A stretch of DNA of 57,430 nt, counting the filler, from Sphacelaria rigidula (lineage: Eukaryota): the NCBI GenBank assembly GCA_964200075.2. It is 6 parts of 6 records of this genome, joined end to end, with 100 filler letters (N's around TTAATTAATTAA, not from the genome) between each part and the next. Parts side by side here need not be neighbours in the genome. Positions count along the whole stretch, not along the records: positions 47,943 to 57,430 come from CAXNAA020008374.1; 5 more parts are not named here. One strand, written 5' to 3'. Position 1 is the first letter of the stretch. The number at the start of each line of letters is the position of its first letter. A program made the translations under genes and the position numbers. A model generated the notes under the pieces. That model did not search any database and was not told where the DNA came from. It was given only the letters and a program-made list of their open reading frames with translations. Below are positions 47,943 through 57,430 of this stretch, piece by piece.

Positions 47943-49150
47943 TGTGGATACGAAGATTTTAATCCTCCGGGTTCTCATCCTCAATCAAAAGCACCATCCT
48001 CAACATAGATGATTGGCATAGATGATCGGCTGTTTAGATTAGAGTCATTATTAGCCGGACTTTTTTCAAACTTTTCGGAAAAAAAAACTCCGTCAGAAAC
48101 GGTGAAAGCATTTTTTCACACATGTCGAGAAGAACAAAATGAAAACTTGTCTAGTACAGTCCTACGCGTCTCACGCAGTCTGGGCCGAGGGGACTGCGTT
48201 TTGAGGACGTGGCATTGCCCAAAATCCGTATTTTGGTTCGTGCTACGAGCGCACCACGTAAAACGTGCCGCTGCTCCGGGAATATGCTGTCTGTGTTCTG
48301 GTCTACCTCTGTGCCAGGTTTCAGGCTGGCACGGCGGAGAAATCCACAAGCAAAATAACCCTTGATTTGTACCGAAAATACACTATTGAACCCTGTTATA
48401 CCGTCGAAAGATACATGAGGTGCATAATATGAATTTTGTATGCGGGAATCTTGGCAGTTGACTTGCTTTTTTTTTGGCGTTGACCCTTAGACAGCGAGGT
48501 CAGTCTTATCTTGAATCGGCATCAATTCCAAGTGAAAGAAGTATACATGATCTAGAAAGACTCATCTCGCGGTCTAAGGGTCAAGGCCGGGTGAAAAAAA
48601 CTGCGACCATCGGAAAAGGCAAAAGTGTCCTGAAACCGTTTCAACGAGAATATTATAGCAAGTCATTCCAGGGTATGTCGAATTTGCCTAGCCCTCTATT
48701 TGGGCGTGGAATGACGACGCAAAGGAACCACAAAGAGGCAATTTTACAGGAGGATTTCCTCCTTGATTGACATAGATATATACCAAGGAACAAGTAGTGT
48801 GTGTTGATGCGCTGTGCGCGCGACAGGTGCTGCTTGCTTGAAAGTTGAAAATGTGCACGAAGTTCGCGTGCTGTCCGTGTAGGGTGTAAGTTGTGGATAT
48901 GAGAAAAAAAACGTACTGGGCTCGAAATTTTGCGCGGCTTCTTTCGCACCATTTTTGGAATGCTGAAGAATATCTCCCAAAAATGATAGGGAACAAGGCA
49001 AGGGGCATATGACTACGGATCTGAGTACTTACTACACTGCGTTTGTGTGGACGAACAAAAGACAAAATGATTTTGAAATCTTGAAGAGGCTGAGGAGGGA
49101 AGGCACCCACCTCGGCCACCCCGCCACGGGTTTTTTGTTCAGCAGGGAAC

Positions 49151-52100
49151 ATGTCCGGAGCTCAAGCAGCACCGCCCGCACAGAACGTGGACGAGGGTGG
49201 AGAGATAGTCCTCAATCGCTTCTATGATTTCTTGGCGCGGTTTACCTCTTCGGCAGAGGGTACGACCGATGGCACGGACGGAGTGCAGCTGTACCGCGAC
49301 TATCTAGCCCAGATTGGAGCCATGGTACAGAACGACAAGAATACTGTCTATGTTGACGTACAGCACGTTTTCGCGGTAAGCAAGTATTCCACTGCCGGAA
49401 GCATTGTGAATTTTGCCAGTTAGTCACCTTGTAAAAACAGCACATGTGTATCGCGGGTTTGGCGTCTTCTTCGTGTGCAGCACACTGGGTACAATCACGG
49501 GTTGTGAAAAAGCGCGGGTGCGGGGTGCTGCCACAGTATCACCATTTTAGATACATGTACTCGTACTGTATTCAAATGTCGAGCCCTGATATTTCGTTTG
49601 GCGTTCTGCTGTGCCAACCTCCGATGACGCCACTGAAAGCGAAAAGAGAAGTTACTGAAGCATGCCATCGCCATAGCTTAGTTGGTACTCCTGTATTCCC
49701 GCGCGCCAGATGGCCATTTCGCGATGAGGTTTCGATGGCATAATGACATGAGTGCCTAGTACGCCCTCCATGTCCGCAGTGGCATTTCGGATATGCATAC
49801 AGTCGTACTCGTACTATGTTGGTTCTGTTTAGAACTGCCGCTTTGCGCAACTTCGCCCTCGAGGCCAACAACGTTGTTTGGCACAAACGACTGTGGTATA
49901 GGGATATTCAAGTACGACTCGTGCGCAAGAGTCTACGGCGCTTGTGCCGCCGCTGCCCGTGTACCTTCGCCGGTTGTATCCTTTTGATGTGCTAAAGAAC
50001 TTTCAGCGAGCAAGCAATCGAAATAGCTATTCTGAACATGCGCCAAAAATGTTCCGAAACGATCACCAGATGCCCAGATTCATCGTGTGTTGGGTAGGAG
50101 TAGAAGTATTGTACACGGGTATTTGCTCTCCCGAATTTCGTGTTTCGATGGTCCGATCTCAAAACTCTACCCGCACTTTGTCAGAGTTACGTACGATCCC
50201 AATACTCTGGGTACTTGGAGTACGATTTGTTCAAGTACCCAAATGTAGGAAATACCCTACAGTACCTTGATTTCTCTTTCCCTATTTGGGAGTATCGTAC
50301 CCCACCTTCGAAACCGGCACGGCCTAAGTTGGGATTTTTCTCGCGTATACTGTACGAGCTAGGCCAGCTGACAGTAGTTTTTGAATGAAGACTGGCGATG
50401 CGATTTGTAATTTAAAAAAATAAGCGCTGAAACTTTGACACGATATTTGTATCATCAACCCGCGCAACCCTTTTGAGGGTGCGAGAGAAAAAAAAAAAGG
50501 GAATTGAAGTTTCAGCAAAAACAGAGGTAAAATGTTATAACTGCATGAAGAGTCAATTAAAATGACTGCAACCCCAACAACGTTGTTGGCACTCGCGTCC
50601 AGGATATCCTGGTAAAGGTTCAGCCAGGGTTCAGCCAAATGTAAGTCAAATTGGGCGCCGCATCGCACTTTTCTTGTGACACGGCCACGCCCGTTTAATC
50701 CAAGTACTGTAATACAGGAAACTCCAGTTATGGAGGAGTCATGAGTTCGAATCCCGACATACTCCATATTTTTCGTCCGTCGTTAAGGTCATATATTATG
50801 CAGTACTGTACGTTTTTTTTTCATTTTTTTCTTCATTCAGCGGCGGTGCCGTGTGTTACCACGTTGGTTTGCACTTCACAGCGATCTGCTTAAATCGCGC
50901 TGATTTGGAAAACTTGAGAAGTTGTGTGGAAAGCGAATGCGGGATTTACTGCTGGCCCAGCTCGTACTCATAGAACTCGAATTTACTAGCGTCAATAGAT
51001 CGTGGTCAAATGAACAGATCGTGTTCCCCCCCCAGTGCCCAAGTTAGTGTTCGTCGATTTTATCGGGCAATACGAATAGATACCCCGTTTATCAGGAGGG
51101 TGTCATTGACCGTGAAACACAGCTATTTGACTCTATTGCAATAAATAGGCATAACTTCAAAAAAACAAGCCTCTCCATTTCTTCAAAAATACGATCGGGA
51201 CAGGTTCGACCGACCGAAAATACCAGTAGAGTTTACCGGCGTTGGGCTACAAATGTTCATGGTTGATATTTACTTGATTTAAGTGTGTACAACGAGAATC
51301 GGAGTTCTAGTAGGGCTGACAGTCCCGTGTGCTCCTCGCATGCGCAGAACGCGTTTCCGTTGAAATCGGCGCCACAGGCGCCGATTTGGGGTCTAGCAAG
51401 GCCGCACTTTGCCTAGAGAATGTATGTACCACCTTTGCCCGAGGGCTCTCGGTATGCGTTGGGTTGGGGCTAGGGTTAGGGGCAGCGATACGTGTGAAAT
51501 TATGTCAGCCATGGACACTTGTAGCCCAACGCCGGTACACTAGCCTCGAAAATATCAAAGAGTCAGAATCTGGGCTGAAAAGTGGCAGGGCCCCCGATGA
51601 CCGGTCAATCCGTGAGTCACTCAATATTGAGCACAGATGTTTTTTTTTCTTGGAATGTGGAGCGGATACTAGTATCCTCAGATCCCCAATGTGATGAGCG
51701 GTGGCAAGCGAAAGACACTACAATATCAATAAGAGAAAAGTCACTTACGACGAAATCACAAAATTTCCCACTTTGAACGTGGGGTACTGTAGTGAGTCTG
51801 TGACCACGGAATGCGTCCACATCAGATGCTCAGTACACAGTACTGCGCAGATTTCAGAGCGGTTTCCTAATGCGAAGACAACAACAACAGCAACAACACT
51901 ACCGAACACACCAAGGATCTACACCACGAGTGCCATACTGTTGCGCAGCACACAGAACAGTACAAAAGTGGTTCAACAAGGATGACCAACACCTCGACCA
52001 TTTTGAAGCAGACTTCTGCGTCCCACAGCACGCCGTGAATGGCTCTAGCGGTAGTCCTTGACGAGGTAAATATAATCGCTTCGTAAGAATTTGAACTTCC

Positions 52101-54979
52101 AGGGTGTAGTACAGTTCATGTGGCCACGGATCGATTTACATTTCAATTTTCAACTCAGCTGGTGCAATGTTGCGCCAGCCAGACGTGAACCTGTTGTAAT
52201 AGACGCCCGAGGCTACATATTCCGAGAATCCCGCCTTCAACAGTCTCGCCAATTTTCGGATAACGACACAGGTCTTGGGGTAGATGGCCGCCAGTAGACC
52301 TGGTGAGCGCTGATTCTAATTTCCCGAGTTTCGAGTTTTCATTAGGTTTCGCCCAATAATACTCCAGCAGGCCTACAGTAGTTCATCATGGTTCATCTGG
52401 CAGAGGGAGTTTTTTTCCTACACGTTCGGGAGGTAAACATCGACCGAGGTCGGCCTCCCTCGTCTAATTCTCATCGTCACGAGCTCCCGCTTGGGCAGCA
52501 GGAATTTGTCAGGGGGGCAAGCTAAGCGCTGCGGATACACGCGGGTTGCTGGTTGGTTTGTCAATCTACGCCCGTCCTCCTCAGTTGGCTGCAAGGGAAA
52601 CTCTTCGCGACAAAAAAGGTAGAAATCAACACATCACCCGTCCATACCCGCACGCCCTACCTGCAGTATGTACTCCCCCCACTAAATGCCCCAAGCCGCT
52701 CAGCTGTTCAGCAACAGCTGTGTGTGTGTGTGTGTGTGTGTTGATATCTTCATACACACATGACTGTATACATGTACTAGTATTTACGTCATCGCGGCTT
52801 CTCCACTGCTCACAAGCATTGCTATCCTGAGATGGCAACGTGTTGTTAATCGTTGCTCATGCACGAATATCTGCGCCTAACTTTTTGACGAACGCCCAAT
52901 TTGTAGCGGACCAGTTCGTGCGAGAAAATCAATCACATCAATGAACCAATTAGTCAACTGTGACGCGTGACATACGCCTATCAGCGGCCTTTCCCATGCA
53001 TTCCTTGTCTGTCCACCAAAAACAACTGCTGCAAACCTTCCCACGAAGCTTGGCCACCGGCGCCTAGTTGACGACTGAGCGCAGAAATGCACAACAATTT
53101 GTGATATATCCATGTTCACTTCGGTGGAATACCCACCTACACTCGTAAGTAGTGCTGCAGCTCCAGCACACCGCAGCTGCCGAATCTCTAGCGTTGGTCG
53201 AGACTCTTCCCTACATTTGAACAAATAGCTGCCCGTATTCACGACGGAAAGCATGTAGTGGTTCCCGTATTCACCAGGCAGTTGCTGCGAATCCCTGTTA
53301 CGTGTTTCCCTCTGCCGGCGTGCGGCTGCTATCGTTATACAAGTATGACCAAGAGCTCGGAGAGGCCATCGAAATCGAGTACTTGCGGTTCGTACCGTTC
53401 ATGAACAAGGCTCTGGCGCGAATCGTACAGGAGGAGCACCCGCAGTACGCCAACGATGCCGAGGATCAGGTGCAGTGCTTACACCCCACTTTGGAGAACT
53501 CCGCCAACACCGGTTGCACAGAGAGGATAAGGGTTATCTCGTAGGCCACAAGGATACTCCTGTATTGTGTGTGACGCACGAAGTTACAAGCGTAGTTTTT
53601 TTGTGCTTGGTGAGGAGTCCAGCCGGATAAGCACCCCTCGATGGATTGTACAGACTGATTATATCGGGTAAGGGTTTGATTATGAAGCATCACACATGAC
53701 CCTCTAATGTCGTGAGAATCCGTTGAGAATTCCTCTGCGGAAGCGATGCGGGAGTGTCCCGGTTTGAGCAGAAAGGCGATTTACCGAAGGTCAACGTCCA
53801 GATTATCGAAGCATTGATATGGTTTTCTCACGGCTAGCCGGAAAACATTGCCCAACCGACTCGGGTCCGCAAAATTAATCCACGGGAGGAAATCGCCTGT
53901 AGACGAAGAAAATCGCCTGAAGACGGACTGAAATCTCGAAAACTACAGGTATATAGATATACCGCCTGCTTGTAATTTCCGTACAGTGGGGATTGCTCAA
54001 GCTGATGGAGAACGGCACCCTGTCTGGCGTGAAAACCGCTGCTGGTTTGGGTAGTTCGCGCGTGTACATCTGCGACGTTGGACAGGTGCTAGCAAGGATT
54101 CAATAGATGTCTTCATAATTTGTGACGTCGGCGATTGGGTGTAGACAAGGGCACTCCACGCTTCTGCCGCCAAGCAATCAATTGAGTCGGTGTATTCGTA
54201 TGCATCATTTCTGTGTACCGATTGTTGTCCATGGTTGCTACTTCCGTGAACACCCCAACATATATGTGTTCACAAAGCGTCATACGAGGGGTACCGAATT
54301 GGTGCATGTCGAACCGCTCACGAGAAACGCCATGCTGCCGCAGCGTTCGGTCACCACAGGAGAGACTCGAGTTACATCGTGCACACGCGAGCAACTCGGT
54401 GTTCGCGCGCGCAGTACCACATTACATTGTAACCGCTAGAGCACGCTGAGCTTGTGCGGTGGATGGCACTTGAAACGCGAGTGCATGCCCCGCACCGCAA
54501 CCCCGCCCCAGCGGTGGACCGCAAGCACTCAACGCGCGTGACCGCTGACCCCACGGACGAGGCGTCCATACCGGCTTCCATCTTGTACGCCAAATTCTAC
54601 AAAGGGGGTTAGAGTGACTAAAGTGCGCTAGAGTGCGCAAGGGTACGGGTTCGGGTAGTCTTTTAGCGTCGCAATTTCAGGTACCCTGGAGTACCCAATG
54701 CTGCAAGTACCCTGCGAACGCGGGGTACCTCGGGTATAGTACCCTACCTTGACCCCCTCCGTGAAATTGATATAATACTGAAATCGATATAAAGGCCCTG
54801 TTGCGTCCTCTATTAACTTGGCGAAAATCGTCCAGAAGAAGCGTGCGTGATGTCAGTACATCTTGATGTTCGCCTTGGGTATGAATGGTGCTTTTGCTTA
54901 AATACACCCGCACCCGGCGCCTCCAACCCCGCTCCCGCTGCCGTTCCACCCACGCTCGCGCCAATGCGGTATGTGCCTT

Positions 54980-55041
<62 letters not shown>

Positions 55042-55381
55042 AGCCAGCTCGCACCCAGACGGCCTCCCCCCATTCCGCCCGCGCGCGGCCAAGCACCCGA
55101 AGCAACCGCCAANNNNNNNNNNCCCCCCCCCCCCCCCCCCCCTCCCCTGCTTTGTCTCCCCCCCCCCCCCCCCCCCCCCCCGCGCGCGCGCGCCCTCCTC
55201 CCAGGACGCCCCGAAAGAGTTTTACGTGAGTTTTTTCAATCTTTCCTTGGTGGAGCGGGTGCGACAGCTCAAGACCAACCGCATCGGGCGGCTTGTTAGC
55301 ATTAGCGGCACGGTTACTCGCTCGACAGACGTGCGACCGGAGCTTTTGAGAGGCACCTACACCTGCAGGAAGTGCGGCCTG
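49151..55381 (+). CDS. MCM6: DNA replication licensing factor MCM6, 5' partial (first three exons)
   Basis: Phase-0 exons 49151-49375 (YLAQIGAMVQNDKNTVYVDVQHV), 53344-53469 (DQELGEAIEIEYLRFVPFMNKAL) and 55205-55381 (FYVSFFNL..RQLKTNRIGRLVSISGTVTRSTDVRPEL..YTCRKCG). These give the MCM N-terminal, OB and zinc-finger start with an MCM6-type signature. The gene continues beyond the contig. Confidence 0.9.
50355..50964. mobile_element. CGAGCTGGGCCAGC-family MITE with a different interior, in MCM6 intron 1
   Basis: TA|CGAGCTAGGCCAGC ... GCTGGCCCAGCTCG|TA. It contains a B-box-like GAGTTCGAATCCC near 50743. Confidence 0.8.
54981..55180. repeat. Long poly-C tracts with a 10-N gap
   Basis: C runs up to ~60 nt just upstream of the MCM6 exon 3 acceptor. 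Confidence 0.85.
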
Positions 55382-55424
55382 GTGAGTCACCCGCGGCATC
55401 GTCGATTATTCGGGAGGACAGAAG

Positions 55425-57410
55425 GGGGGTTACTCATGTGTTGCTTGCCTTAGACTTTCGACCATTGATCACGCATCTCGTTCGAAACGGAGCGCTGTTC
55501 CTGCTCCTAATAGAGACACCTTCAACATTCCGGCGCTCATTATGTGTTGTCGATACATTACACAAGACCCTTAAAAATATCTTATCCCCGTCTTGTTTCG
55601 CCGTCTGTGGCCACGATCTGTCTCCTCGTATAGCCATTTTTTTCGCTACTGTCTAACTCACCAAACTATTTCATGTCACATTCGTTTAGTTCCCTCATCT
55701 CCCCTAACACGTCCCGTTCCTCGTTGTATAGTTTTCCTTATTCCTTCAAATGAATTCTACACTCTGTTGCGTTGCCACGTTGGTGATTCTGTGCATTTAC
55801 CCTCGCCTTCACACGACTACTGGTACACCTCTTTGGTGAGGTGGGGGGAGGTGGGGGGGAGGGCGCACTCATTCGTTGCTTGCCTCAGTCGTTCGACCAT
55901 TGCCCACGCATGCCTTTCAAGACAGAGCACCGTTCCTACTTCCAATAGAGGCAGTTCAACATTTGGGCGTCCGTAACGTTTGTTCCATACACTGCACAAA
56001 AATCTCTTTCATATCTTATCCCCGTCCTGTTGCGCCGTCTGTGGCCACTATTTCTGTCCTAGTACACCTATCGTTTTCTCGCTGCTGTCTAATGCATCCA
56101 ACGATTTCATGCCACCTTTGTTTACTTTCCACATTTACTCTTCTAACGCTTCCCGTTCCTCCTTGTATAGTTCACATTCTGCCACCATATCAGTTGTACT
56201 CCTAACGGCTTAAGGGGGGGCGGGGTGAGCTTGTTGGAGCTGTGCTAATCTGAATGTTGAGCTCATTGTCCTGAAGTGACGTGAGGTGAAACGCGCTGAC
56301 TTTTACTCTAACGCGATGCAATGCACTATACCGTGAGTTTGGTGTCGTGTACCAATGTATGGTTATCCTACCACATGTTCGAATGTAATGTCCTGAGCTG
56401 CACTTCACTGTGCCCCAGCTGAACGGGCCTTTTTCGTGCAACGTTTACGTAGCGCGACGAACATGTACGGTTGCTGAATGGACGCTCTTCTAGCTGTACT
56501 GCAGCGTACCCGGGAATACTCGGCATGGCTGTACGATACAAGGCTGCATTGCACTCCACTACACAGCTGTAGCCCCATGGAACATGGCAACCACGAAACA
56601 GTGCGGAACCGTACCGTGCCTCATTTCACCATGGCGTCGACGAGTTCTCAATAATACGAGCCTCTGCTTTTATGCGATTGCCCCAGAACGACGCTCGGCC
56701 GACACGAGTGGCAACAGGGCTGCGTTACCCATCGCACCGCAGAGGTACCTCGTGACTTTGGGCTGGCCTGAACGACCGCCCAGGGTATCCTTGCTCACCC
56801 TATAAACGTCTGTCCTATGGAAATTCGGTGACTATCCTTCTTCTTGTTCGTGTGATTGTCATTACTTTTTCCTCACATCAGCCCGACCTCTCGAACCCCT
56901 GGACACAGACTATAGAGTGATGCTACGATAGGGAGGGGGGGGGCGTACTCATGTGTTGCTTGCCATAGTCGTTTGACCATTGACCATGCATCCCTTTCGA
57001 GACGGAGCATCGTTCCTACTCCTATTAGAGACACCTTCAACATTCCGGCGCTCATTACTTTTCTTCCATAGCTCATCACGTTTCGTCCATACATTGCACA
57101 ACAACCTTTTTTCATATCTTATCTCCGTCCTGTTTCGCGGGTCTCTGGCCACCATCTATCTCCTAGTACAACCATCGTTTTCCCCCTACTGTCTAATGCA
57201 TCAAACAATTCCATGCCACCATCGTTCACGTCCCATATTTCCCCCTCTAGAACACCCCGTTCCTCCTTGTATGATTCACATTCTGATCGGGGGCGTGCTC
57301 ATTTGATGCTTGCCTTAGTCGTGTGACCATTGAGCACGCATCCCTTTCGAGACGGAGCACCGCTCCTACTCCTAATAGAGCCACCTCCAACATTCTGGCG
57401 CTCCTTACGT
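55425..57410 (+). repeat. Four copies of a ~350-bp interspersed repeat in MCM6 intron 3 (starts ~55425, 55860, 56938, 57289)
   Basis: GGGGCGTACTCAT..TGCTTGCC..GACCATTG..CATCCCTTTCGAGACGGAGCA..CTCCTAATAGAG. A reverse-complement fragment lies at 26765-26838. Confidence 0.88.
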
Positions 57411-57430
57411 GATAGGGGTGGGAGGGGGGG

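Noticed and set aside
51460..51482. Telomere-like GGGTTGGGGCTAGGGTTAGGG
   Set aside because: Only about three degenerate units inside an intronic repeat. It is not a chromosome end or a convincing interstitial telomere.
54677..55399. Poly-Pro (formin/extensin-like) and poly-Gly ORFs
   Set aside because: Products of intronic poly-C runs. Only 55205-55381 is coding (MCM6).
1..57430. Endogenous phaeovirus, Polinton, Fanzor or prokaryotic defence system
   Set aside because: No capsid, polB, packaging ATPase, integrase or RuvC motifs were recognised, and there is no long intronless ORF cluster. A profile search of the decayed relics would be needed to exclude them fully.

Overview
This is eukaryotic nuclear DNA, most likely from a brown alga or close ochrophyte relative (inferred from GT-AG introns, a nucleus-encoded plastid-type ribosomal protein L15 and the repeat landscape). 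It is not one locus. It is six unrelated contigs of near-identical length (9489, 9489, 9488, 9488, 9488, 9488 bp) joined by artificial 100-nt N44-TTAATTAATTAA-N44 spacers, so no neighbourhood inference is valid across 9490-9589, 19079-19178, 28667-28766, 38255-38354 or 47843-47942. Well-supported genes are a 7-exon coiled-coil/low-complexity protein gene (contig 3, +), four exons of plastid-type rpl15 (contig 4, -) and the first three exons of MCM6 (contig 6, +). Broken host-gene fragments (cytochrome b561, DGAT2-like) lie in TE-rich contigs 1 and 2. The rest is mobile DNA: a TA-flanked CGAGCTGGGCCAGC-TIR MITE family, a nested Harbinger-like foldback whose empty site is also visible, a 2.6-kb CACACGTG-TIR element, hAT-like MITEs, tRNA-derived SINEs, satellites and decayed transposon coding relics (possibly KDZ-like and RLE non-LTR). 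I found no intact novel multi-gene system. The best leads are uncharacterised transposon families and possible gene-fragment capture. All protein-family calls come from motif recognition by eye, not database searches.
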